From Mytilus edulis (taxonomy: Eukaryota), in assembly GCF_963676685.1 (NCBI RefSeq), contig NC_092349.1, positions 33,604,001-33,668,000 of the forward strand: a stretch of DNA of 64,000 nt. Direction: 5' to 3'. A program made the translations under genes and the position numbers. The notes beneath the pieces were generated by a model that searched no databases, was not told the origin of the DNA, and saw only the letters and a program-made list of their open reading frames with translations. This document shows, piece after piece, positions 24,778 through 36,800 of this stretch (position 1 is the stretch's first letter; every line of letters starts with the position of its first letter).

Positions 24778-24860
24778 TTAGCGTCAGTGATGAGTCTTCT
24801 ATAGACGTTATACGCGTCTGGCGTATGAAATTATAAGCCTGGTACCTTTAATAACTATTA
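24778..24860 (+). repeat. Decayed hammerhead-bearing repeat copy
   Basis: agcgtca-GTGATGA-gtct tctat agac-gttatacgcgtc-tggcgt; core mutated relative to 55911-55954. Confidence 0.7.
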
Positions 24861-25267
24861 GCATTTTGTTATGTTCTATTATACTGTTAATTTTGATATT
24901 TCTCTGAATCCATTTATTTCAATTGTAGTCCTGTTATTTTGTTATTTTAGTGTTATATTTAACATTGCCATAAAAGTGGGATGTTTGGCTAGCCACTAAA
25001 CCATGTTCAACCCACCATTTTTTCTTAAAATACTCTGTATCAAGTCAGGAAATAGCAATTGTTATCTCATAGTTCGTTTCTGTTGTTTCGTTGATTGATC
25101 TTATATTGGAAGTGTTTCCCTCAGTTTTAGTTTGAAACCCGGATTTGTTTTCTCTCAATCAATTGATGACTTGCGAACAGCGGTATACTACTGCTGCCTT
25201 TATTTAAACAGAGACAAATTTAAGAGCGCTATAGTGTTTAAAGTTTGTTTTATCGAAATTCCCAATA

Positions 25268-25731
25268 GGTTCGAGACCACAATTGTCGTCCCTTGATTTT
25301 CGTTGTTCACATATATAGTCCCTAGTTTTGACAGTGGGTTACTTGCCATTAATTTTTATACCCCTTCCAAATTTATTTCTCCATGTTTAATGCCTCAAAT
25401 TGCAAGTAGGGGGGGGGGGGGGGTGAAATTACACTGTAAAGAAATTTGGGTCCAGAATTTTAGAGGAAAGTAGTGATTTGGTAACTGAAAAAGGTTTAAA
25501 ATTAGCACATCGGAAGCTGTCAAAAGATGTCAAGACGCCCTAAACATAAAAATTTCCATATTTTGATCATGAGTTAGAGCCGATGAAGTTTTGTATAATT
25601 TTGATATAATTTGTCCCAAAAGTAGTACAACACTCTGTAAAAGTTTCTTTTAGAAAGCGCAGGTGGGATTTTTTTTATTTTCATTTATGTTCTAAAAGAA
25701 ATGCACTACTAAATAATTGTGGTCTCGGACC
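25268..25731. mobile_element. MITE-like non-autonomous DNA transposon
   Basis: 17-bp terminal inverted repeats ggttcgagaccacaatt / aattgtggtctcggacc (1 mismatch); non-coding interior. Confidence 0.7.
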
Positions 25732-26499
25732 AAAATGTTAATAAAAAAGCACATCCTACGAGAATAAATCTATGAAAATATTCCCGAATGTCATCTGCAT
25801 CCTACGTCTGTACGTTACGCGTTCATGCCAATATCTTAAAGTGACATTTGCCTTTAAAGAAAAGAAAAACTTGTGAAATCTAAACGGCGTCCGTACAGTG
25901 GTCCCAGTTTGTCAAACGTTCAATATGACTCTACAGGTGAATTAAAACACGCAGAATGCCATATGAATTCGAAGTAAAACTGTCAGTGTGTTCATATGCA
26001 TATATCCCAGCCACAGAATGGTACTGGATGTCACTTAAGGTGAAATGTGGTTAGTAAGCAAGAGGATGTTACCACTATGGGCGATTTAAAGTGCTCCATA
26101 TAAATTATCTAAATATTGTGGGCTGTTGTACATTTGTCATATTTCCTTATTTATCTGTGTCTCTTCCGGACCTTAAGTTGATATGAGAATTTCATACATG
26201 TGTAGGAGGAAAACATTTATCTTCAGAAATGAACCACCGAAGTGTATTTTGAATATCAATTCATGAAGTCAGTCTGAAATTCTGAATGCGTAAAGTCATT
26301 GTACACAACCCACGATTGTGGTCTACGTATTGCATGATAGATAAATCACGTAATAAAGTCATGAACTTGCTTTAATCGATACGTATTTATGAAAAGATAA
26401 GATTTAAGTAGAAATTCTGTAACTAGAACTAACATATGTTGTGATTCTGTCTTTCTTACCTGAAGGTCTTACATGAGCTTAGGTAGCATGGATTTAACT

Positions 26500-27098
26500 A
26501 TGCAGGTACGTTTTCTGTCTTGCATTATTCTTACTGCTTGTCATGGATTTTTGTTGACCAATAAAACAGGAATACCTTCCGTTGGAACATCCGCATTCAC
26601 CGACTATCATTACCTTATGTTAACGGATGCGTTGGGCGCACAGAAGCAGTTACTCTCACAAATGGAAACTTTTGTTCTGCAACTTCAAAACCAATTGAAA
26701 ACTGTGAACCAAGAAGTCAAGGATTTAAAATCTGGAAACAGTGCCGTGCATCAGTCGCTTGCTGTTGTCGAATTGAAAAATGAAACCTCTGAGTTGCGCG
26801 TAAAAACAACCCGTTTACAGAATAGCTATGACATTTTGCAAAAAAAATTCGATACTATTCAAAACGAAAACAATGTCCTGAAGCATGATAATGCTGCATT
26901 AAAAAGTCAAATTACGGACTCGCACAACTTAAGTATTCATACAAAGCAACAGTTGGATTCCCTCACACACTCCATTGCCGCTTCAAACATCCAAAACGTT
27001 ACCACAATACAAAGCAATGTTGACACGCTTACATCTCAAGTAAAAAGTCGACTTCATTCATTGGAACAGAACTATGCTCTTCTTTCTAAAGAGATCAG
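26500..27098 (+). CDS. Secreted coiled-coil C1qDC gene, coding exon 1, 5' part (signal peptide and coiled coil), interrupted by the Harbinger insertion
   Basis: MQVRFLSCIILTACHG/FLL signal peptide-like start, then a heptad-rich coiled coil. The frame runs into the TIR at 27099. An upstream in-frame ATG exists at 26473. Confidence 0.85.
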
Positions 27099-27301
27099 GC
27101 CCCGGCGCCATAAAACTATTTGAGTACAGTTTTTTTACTCAGCCTGAGAATTTTCTCAATTTTTTTATTCTCAGCAAAATACTCCGCCATAAAAAAATTC
27201 TCAGGTATTTTCTTACTCAAAGTTAAGAATATTCTTAAATATTTGAGTACAGCCAAAACCATACTTAAGTCAAGACTTAAGACTTAAGTATTATATAAAC
27301 A

Positions 27302-30300
27302 ATGGCTGCTGTCCATGTACGCCGTATGAGAAATCGCAATCGTAGACAGAGACACCTACCTAGGCCAAGGGTTTTTAGAGACAGGCTCAATCCACTTGAG
27401 TCTATGGATGACAATGAGTTGTTTGAGAGATATAGGTTTCGTCGACCAACCATCACTTTTATTTTAAATGGAATTCACCATTTTCTTGAGCGTGAAACTA
27501 GGAGGAATTTCGCACTGTCTCCAGTTATTCAGTTGTTGTTATTTCTAAGATTTGTGGCAACAGGCACTCACTTGAGTTTAGTTGGGGATAGCTTGAATGT
27601 ATCTGAATCGGCAACTGGGAGGGCCTGCAGAGACGTTTGTCAGGCCATCATAACCGTATTTCAGCATGTTATTTCTTTTCCCGTTGGTGAGAAGGCTATC
27701 CAAGTAATGGAAGGATTTAGGAGAATTGCTGGTAAGAAGCTGCTATCTATTCAGTTTCAGCATGCATCTTACTCATCATTTCACATAGCAATTTTCCGAG
27801 TAATCGGACTTTTGTGTTTCACAAACACGTCTAAACCGGTTTACGCTCATCACCACTATGACTAGTTTTTGGGCTCTCTTTGAGAGCACTTTTAATATGT
27901 TCATACAAACTAAATTGTTGGTTCTTTTTCATTATGTGACATTATGCCAGTTTTTCTGACCTTCTTTGCCTTCCCGGCTTTAGTTTGAACATGTAAATTG
28001 TAAACATTTGCTGTACGTACCTAATTATCATGTATAGTATACAGATTTTCTTGACAGTAACAACGAAAATGATGAAAATAATGACCGTAAGATTACCAAA
28101 TAAAATTGCATTATGCAGTTTAAAAGATACTATAATGCAGAGATATTTGGATAATTTGACAATCTGTCAGGAACCCTACAGTAGAGGAGCGTCTGCAAAA
28201 TCTTAATAAAAACGACTTCGGACTTGCGTCATCCGGATCAACATGGTTGCTTCGTACCTCGAATAGCACCGTCCCTTTTTGGGGAATGTTTGTTTTATGA
28301 AGTAAAATTCAAATCCCTTTATAGTATTTTCCTCCCTCTAAAAAAAGAAGAGAAAATACAAGGGTCGACAGGAAACAATACTCAAAAGTTTTCTCTGAGT
28401 TCATCCCTCTACTTTATTCCACTTTACAGATAGTTATTTTTTCGTTAGAGGGCTATTGCAACTACATGTATGAGGGTCTGGATTGGGGGGGGGGGGGGGG
28501 GTGGTCTGTTATTCTGTAAACATTTAATTTTCACCCCTTTTTTCTCTAATCTTTAAAAAAAATAACCCCTTTTTTCTCTAATCTTCAAAAAATTAACCCC
28601 TTTTTTCTCTAATCTTCATTTTTAATTCAAACCCTGATGTATTTTCCAAATATCCATTACCCGATAATTAAATATTCCACCGGGTGAATAAGAATTTTCA
28701 CTAACATAATCGTAAACTTTTAAAATCAGTTAATAAGCCATGTAAAAAATGAGGGGTTTAAATTACAAAAATCTCCGTAGAAATGAGATGTACCGTGACT
28801 TATATTATAACATATCATTAACTTACCGTATGTTGCTCCTATTTAACTTCTCATACTACATCATAACTTTCACAATGAAATGCCTTTTATAGCCGACTAT
28901 GCGGTATGGACTCTGCTTATTGAAGTACATTGCCCTATAGTAGTTGTTAATTTCTGTGTCATTTGTTCTCTTCATCTTTTTATATACATTGTAGTCAGGA
29001 AGCTAATGTTCAATGACAATTGTTTGTTAATGTGGTTCATAATTGTTTCCCGTTTTTATAAAGATTAGACCGTTGATTTTCATTTTTGAATGGACTAAAA
29101 CTAATCATTTTTGAGGCCCTTTGTAGCTTGTTGTTGGATGTGAGCCAAAACTCATTGTTGAAGCCCATGCTTCGACCTATAATGCTTTACTTTTCCCCAT
29201 GTGGGTGTTGGATGGAGAGTTGTCTCATTTGCACTTATATCACATCTTTTAACATTTATATGAGCATAAACCTTTTTCAGCTGATGCCCCTGGAAACACT
29301 ATACTTTTGTCTCAGTATTTTACTCTTTGTGTAGGCAAGACAAAAATGAAATACGACTGAAATCATGACTAAATTTCAGACACCAAAAAAGCAATGTAAA
29401 GTCAACAGCTTCTTTTTGTCGGAAGAAATAGATCAAAACACAAAAACTTAACACTGTGCAATGAACCTTGAAAATGAGGTCACGGTCAAATAAAACCTGT
29501 GCGACTGACATAAAGATCATAAAATATTTCCATACACCAAATATAGTTGACCTATGGCATATAGTATTAGATAAAAAGACCAAAACTCAAAAACTTAACT
29601 TTGACCACTGAACCATGAAAATGAGGTCAAGGTCAGATGACACCTGTCAGTTGGACATGTACACCTTACAGTCCTTCCATACACCGAATATACTAGCCCT
29701 ATTGCTTATAGTATCTGAGATATTGAAAACTGGGCCCATAATCAAAAATCTAATTACATGTTTAAATTCAGCATATCAAAGAAGCCCAAGAATTCATTTT
29801 TTGTTAAAATCAAACTTAGTTTAATTTTCGACCCTTTGGACTTTAATGTAGACCAATTTGAAAACCGGACCAAAAATATATAGAATATGGCAAAATCCGT
29901 ATCACATTCGACCAATATCATCCCTCGGGCTGATATTGGTGTCTCAGGATGATACGACATATGATACAGATTTTACCATGTATTATTCTCTATATATCGA
30001 CCTCATACAAAGGCTATATTTGTTTAATATCCAAATTATATATTGTACCAATTTGCACTATATATTATATAAGTTGTATTGTTTACGAACAAATAATTCT
30101 TAAAAGGTTGGTCGAGAGGACCTCCGGTAGTTGAGATTGATGTTGGCTATTTTTCAATAGACCACATTGGCCGAACTTCTTTTCATAACAAATGTAAACA
30201 AGATGGCGGTGATAATAACAAAGAAGTTAATAAAATTCAATTCACTGCACGTTATTCGTTAAATAAAATAACTAAAACAAATAGATTTGTTTGAATGATA

Positions 30301-32155
30301 AGAATTTTTGTAGTTTAATTTTTACAAGATTGCAAATTTCAAGGTATACATATTTTTGCATAAATATACAACTTATGTGGGACAGAGGTTAAGTGTTGGG
30401 AAAACATATTTTCCTTATTTCAAATTTTAAACAATTATAAGGATTGAATGCCTTTTTAAAGGAATTCATTGGTGTATAAACTGGACCAAATAACTCATAA
30501 ACATATAATAAAAGTCCTTCAGACTTCAATTTGTTTGTGAGTGAATTGGTTGAATTTACACACCAGTGAAGTCCTTTAAATAGGCTTTAAATCCTATGAT
30601 AAAATATTGTTATTATACTGAGCACCTTTTAATGATTCTTTTTTATATTTGAAGGATTTCCAAATGTACTAGGATGTATAGATGGGACGTTTGTAAAAAT
30701 TATCAGCCCACATGAAAATGAAGCCGATTTTTTGAATCGAAAAGGAGTGCACTCTTTAAATATTCAAGTAAGATTAACAATTACAGAAAATAATCCTTCA
30801 AACAATATCATTTTTTTTTTGTGCTGATATAATCATAATTTCATTCAATTACAATTTTGCATTGTACTTCGAAAAATGAATTGTCGATTGTCAAATTTGG
30901 AAATAGTCTTATATGCAAAAAAGAGAACTGTATTTTAATGCAAAAGTTAAAACTATTTATTTATTTTTATATTTAAATAAGCGGATCTGTTGTGTGCAAT
31001 TAAATACTACATTTTTTAAGGTAAACAATGTTAATTTCAATTCCTGATAATTTGAATGTCATGCCAATCAGATTACATGATACATACTGTTTACATTAAA
31101 AAATATGTTGCCTTAGTTTTAAATATACCATTCTTTTTTTTAAAGATGGTTTGTGATCCAAATTTTAGAGTCACTTCTTTATGTGCAAAATGGCCTGGAT
31201 CAGTGCACGACAGCAGAATTTTCAGAACAAGTGGACTATGTCAACAATTTGAAAATGGTAACTTAATCTCATTTTGTTTATTCTTATTAGTAGAACTGTA
31301 GAAAAACTTCTTAATCTTCAAAACTAAAACTTTACATACTAACATATAGTATATTCCAGCATTTACACATATTTTAGGTTTAAGATGAACTTGCATGTAA
31401 ATTTACCATAAATCTTACAATATAATAATGAGTCATTTAAATAGCTAACACAAGCTAGTAAACATATATACATATTTGGTCATTTGGTGTTGATATGCTA
31501 ATTACAATTTCTTGTATATAGTTTTTGTGAAGGAATGCAAATAAATTGTTGTGCTTATACTTAAATGCATCAATAGTGGGGAGATAATTGTGAAGTTACT
31601 TCCCTTTGCTGAAAGTATATTATTTGATTTTTAATACAAATAAATTGGAAGCTGTAGTTTCTATAACTGTTTATGTTACAAGCTTTAACTGCTTTAAACT
31701 GAATGTTGATTTATTTGATTAATTTGAAATACAATCTGTAAATATTACATTAAAAAATTATTTTAACAGGAATTCACCAAGGACTGTTACTAGGGGATTC
31801 TGGGTATCCATGTACCAAATACTTGATGACCCCGTATCTAAGTCCAGCTGATAACTGCCAGGGAAATTTGAACAGAGCTCTTTGCAGAACACGGGTTCTA
31901 ATTGAACAAACATTTGGGATACTAAAAAGGAGGTTCAATTGTTTACATGATGGTTTAAGAACAACACCAGAACAGTCTATTAAATACGTTACATCATGTG
32001 TTATTTTACACGATATCGGCATTAATCATAATGACATAATAATAAATAATAATATTGAGGAACTTGCTATTGCAGATTGTACGGGTTGTATTAATATGAA
32101 CCCAACCTTTGACGGCACCGCAAAAAGGAATGACATTGCAAGACAATTTTTTTAA
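27302..32155 (+). CDS. Harbinger DDE transposase (HARBI1-like), 4 exons: 27302-27731, 30655-30767, 31146-31257, 31770-32155; 346 aa
   Basis: All introns are GT-AG and phase-compatible. Spliced product has RYRF, GFPNVLGCIDGT, NRKGVHSLNIQ, WPGSVHDSRIF, LLGDSGYP and RVLIEQTFGILKRRF, with the D-D-E triad intact and no stops. Confidence 0.93.
29340..29880. repeat. Dispersed repeat with internal ~150-bp tandem subunits, inside transposase intron 1
   Basis: gaaaatgaggtca.ggtca...ccatacacc.aatata...ct.t.gc.tatagtat occurs twice (~29470 and ~29617). Confidence 0.5.
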
Positions 32156-32527
32156 GTAAACCTTGCATTTGTAAACATCTTACTAGATTTCCATATTCAC
32201 ATTCTCTTGACCACACTTGATTATTATAACATAGAACTTTTCTAAGTCATGTCTGACAGGTAAAAATACATTTTTGGTCTTATTTGAATTAATAATTACG
32301 AATATATTAAAAAAATAAGGGATCTCTTACACAAAGATTTGATAAGCAATATGCAACATATTTATAGCCACTACTGATCTAAAACCTGAATTAAATATGC
32401 TGAAATATACAGTTGGTTACATTTAAATGATATGAATATATGTCAAAGTGACAAATTCTAATGCAACAACGTTTGTAACGTTCATTTTGATTGGATAACG
32501 TCACTTATCTACAGGGCATCAATTAAC

Positions 32528-33315
32528 AATTGATGCTATGGAACGTACGCGCAAGCGCAGACGGCATATGCCAGTTTTTAAATACATGTTTTAACGTTGT
32601 TTTTTGTCAGTTTCATTAGAATGGAGATAACAATATTGTATTTTAAGCTCCGACGGCATCAATTGTGGATTTGATGGTCGCAAATAATCGTTTACTGTCT
32701 CCGCTTACGCGTCACCAGTTAACTGAATTTACGACCATCAAATCCCCAATTGATGCCGTCGGAGCTTAAAATACAATACAGTTATCTCCTAATTGATGCT
32801 ATGAAACGTACGCGCAAGCGCAGACGGCATATGCCACTTTTTAAATACATGTTTTAACGTTGTTTTCTGTCAGTTTCATTAGAATGGAGATAACAATATT
32901 GTATTTTAAGCTCCGACGGCATCAATTGTGGATTTGAAGGTCACAAATACTCGTTTACTGTCTCCGCTAACGCGTTGCCAGTAAACTGAATTTGCGACCA
33001 TCAAATCCCCAATTGATGCCGTCAGAGCTTAAATACAATACAGTTATCTCCTAATTGATGCTATGAAGCGTACGCGCAAGCGCAGACGGCATATGCCACT
33101 TTTTAAATACATGTTTTAACGTTGTTTTCTGTCAGTTTCATTAGAATGGAGATAACAATATTGTATTATAAGCTCCGACGGCATCAATTGTGGATTTGAT
33201 GGTCGCAAATACACGTTTACTGTCTCCGCTAACGCGTCGCCAGTAAACTGAATTTGCGCCAATCAAATCCACAATTGATGCCATCGGAGCTTAAAATACA
33301 ATACAGTTATCTCCT
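32528..33315. repeat. Three tandem ~263-bp units, each containing a long inverted repeat
   Basis: Units start at 32528, 32791 and 33053. Each has ~60-bp arms ggagataac...gctccgacggcatcaattg.ggatttgatggtcgcaaat / attt.cgaccatcaaatcc.caattgatgccgtcggagc...gttatctcc. Confidence 0.92.
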
Positions 33316-33426
33316 AAATGGTTACAATGTTAAACAAAATTTTACCAAGTACATGTGTTTGAATGAAAAACAGTAATAATTTTAAGTTATTTAAAATTGA
33401 ATGCCAAAATATCCAGATTTAAAGGA

Positions 33427-33880
33427 AGGCCAAATAAAAATATATGTGTGGTTCCAGTTACATACTTTTAAAAAATAGGGTTGGTAGGTCAGCAATTTTT
33501 TTTTTTTTTTTTTTTTTTTTAATGTCAAAATCCGGAAAAGAATCGTGTGTTTACCGAAATTGTTTCCCTTATTATACACGCCCCAACCGGAAGTTTGACA
33601 TTTTTACATGGGTGTGGTTGTAAAATGAACAGCCATGATACATTTTTAGTTAAATTTTGTTGCATTCTGTTATGAATTCTTGCATTTAACCATAACAGAT
33701 ACTTGTGATGGAAATTCAGATGACAGAAATCTATGAATTTAATTATTTTAATTCACAATCCTCAAAATTTGATCTTTTGAAAATTTATTTTTAAGAAATG
33801 AAAAAAAAGTTCTAGGGTCTGGGGGTTTTAACTAGGGTTGGTCGGGTTACTGGAACCACACATATATTTTTATTTGGCCT
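33427..33880. mobile_element. MITE nested in the Harbinger, between the two genes
   Basis: 32-bp perfect inverted termini aggccaaataaaaatatatgtgtggttccagt / actggaaccacacatatatttttatttggcct. Confidence 0.85.
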
Positions 33881-33896
33881 AATAAACATGTTGTAA

Positions 33897-36800
33897 TTAT
33901 GGTTCATTTAAAATTTGTACACAGTCAGGAAACTCAGACTGAAGTTTACAGATTAAAGTTTGTTTTTTCAGGATAAAAACTTCTTTTGCCAATTTCAAAT
34001 TTTCTTGTTCCATCTTTATTTTTTTGGTTTCTTCACGCAACCTTTCATTGTCCAACATTAAGTTTTCCTCTTCCAACTCTGCCAAACTCCTTCGTCCCCT
34101 TTTGATGTTTCCTATGGACATGAATTATAAAACATATAAAGTTGTTATAAAGTTATACAAATGTACATTCTTTTTGAATTTCATGATGAATCTGCTTTGT
34201 GAGCTGTGTCATAAAATAAGTTAATATCAAACCTTCTTATAATAAAATAGCTGAATCCATTTAAAGACATCAAGAAAATTAATTTGTATTTATTAAGTTA
34301 TGTCCTATATGCAAATTACAATTGTGCAACAAGGTGGTTAAATTTTCAAAGATTTAGTTCCCCTTTGCTTGTTGAAATAATTATTCATTTTAAAATCCTA
34401 GAAACATTTTCATTTTCATATATCTGTTTTATTTGTTAACAGTGTTTAGAATGAATTTTTAATTATAATTCTACATAAATAAATATGATTTGTTTTTTGT
34501 ACCTGAATTAAGCCATTAGTTTTCTTTTTTTTGAATTGTTATACATCTGTCATTTCAGGGACATTGATAGAAGGCAATGCTGTATAGACTGCTCATTGTT
34601 GAAGGCTAAACAAAAGTCTTTAGTTGTTAATGTCTTTTGGTCTATTGAGGAGAGTTGTGTCATTGCCAATTATACCACATCTTCTTTTTTAAAGAAACAT
34701 TTATCCTACTTTTAAAATGATTTTATTTAATTTCCTAGGTAGCAACATGAACAAATATGTCTATGTTGATCTCTTGTCTGGTTCAAAGTGATAATGATGT
34801 TGCAATTTCAATTGTGACGGCAATCATGTGATTCACATGTTTTAATCGAATTTATTATTAGAACATGGTTGGGTTTCCAAAGCCATAGAATAAACTCATA
34901 TCAGAATCCATAACTTTTGAAAGACAAATTAGCCCTATGTTAGGAAACTTACCTTTACCTTTACCCTTTGGATTAGAACTTGGTACACTTGTCCTTTCAC
35001 CATTTTGTTCTATAAAAATCAATTTTCATGTAAACATTCATAGATTTTTATTACATTTTACATGGACGAAGACTTCAATTTTCAAACATCAACCCCATCG
35101 ATACATTGTAAAGAGGTATACTATTTCACAAATATATAGGAAATGCCCAGGTTTTATTTGCTACTGTAGACGTTTATTATCTCAAAAAGGTTATATATAT
35201 ATGTTTTATTTCAAATATGTATTTAATAACAGTTTTGATGTTATCAACTTAACCATTTTCTTTTCAACAATTATCAAAAATCACTTTTTTCATATGTTTG
35301 TCATATATAACTTGATAGTTTCAATTGCAAACTAAAAAAAACTGTTGTTCTAAAATAATCAAATATACAATAAGCTGGGTTAATTTCATGTTATGTCCAT
35401 GCCATATCTGGGGCCTGTGATTTTGAAGTATTTTTTTTCCATTTGTAAAGGTCACCTGTGTGTAATTGCTCAATCAAACTTTTTATCACTTGTCAATTTT
35501 TCCAATGGGATCCATTACAGGAAAGACAAAAATGAAATACTTTATGTAACATATATGTTACTGTATAAATGTTGAAGACCATATTTTTAATAGATTTTGT
35601 CATACTCAAGACTTTGAATTATATACATGTATTAACAACTTTACCTTGTTCTTCCACTAAATTTACTTCAATACATGTAGGCTCTTTGTCAGCTTCAATC
35701 TGTCCATCAAGCTCCTCATTTTGTGTCGATTCTGAAATGTAATTGCATTATGTTGTATAAGTTTATTAATAATTTACTATAACTTCAGAAATGTAATAAA
35801 ATTGACACTGCCTTGACAATATTTTTGTTGTTATTTTTAAAAACATTAACTATAGTTTTTTTACACTAAAACTTAGTCTGACATGAGCAGTGGTGAGGGA
35901 GACAAATTACAATATTGAGAAAATTGAGAAAGGAAATGGAAAATATATCAAATGGTCAACAACTGGACCCAATAGAAGTTGACCTCCTTGACCTTTCACA
36001 CCATCACATTGATTGTATACTAATATATATTTTAAATAACCGGAAATTAGTTTCTTTTTCTGTTGCCAAATTATTCATTTCATGTAAATTGGTTGGAGCA
36101 ACAAACCTTTATATGTGTTTTCTTTTATAAATATCACCAAATCATTGATCAACGAAGGTAAATCAGGTGTTTTTAAATTTCTCAGGCAACTGTATGTGTG
36201 ACATAGGTAATTCACCAATAAATCACTTTGTGATTCATCTTGCTCCACCTCACTCTGAGAAATTCCCTTTAAGGTATCCATAATGTGAATATCATTGGCT
36301 CTTGGGACTGGTGTTACAACTGTATGAGTGTCTAAAAAATTTTCTATTTTTACTGCCATTTTCTTGGCTGTTGTCACCAAATTTCTTTCTGAAAAATGAG
36401 ACAATGGTTGAAATGACTTTATGCATGTCATATTTCTATGCATATTCATTTCTGACCTATATAGGAAGTTGTAGTGCAAGACATACATGTCAGGTTGGTG
36501 CTTATTTATTGTATATCTAAACTTAATTGTCATTATGGGACTTCAGGCAGTGACCATTTAATGAAAGTTTAGCTTTTTTCTTAAGTAATTTTCTGATTTA
36601 TAAGCAGGAAAGACAGACATCTATAAGTAACAATATCTGTTCCTCAAATAATATCAGTTAGATTGGAGATGATGAAAATCTTACCCCTGAGCATGATCAA
36701 TTTTCAAGCCTCTTTCTTTCATATGTGTTTATTTCTTACACAAGAAGCATGAAAACAGCAAACTGTAATAAATGTATAAAGAAACAAGAGATTGTAAAAA

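Noticed and set aside
34503-34605. AG/GT-bounded segment as an extra Myb exon
   Set aside because: Contains an in-frame stop in the required phase.
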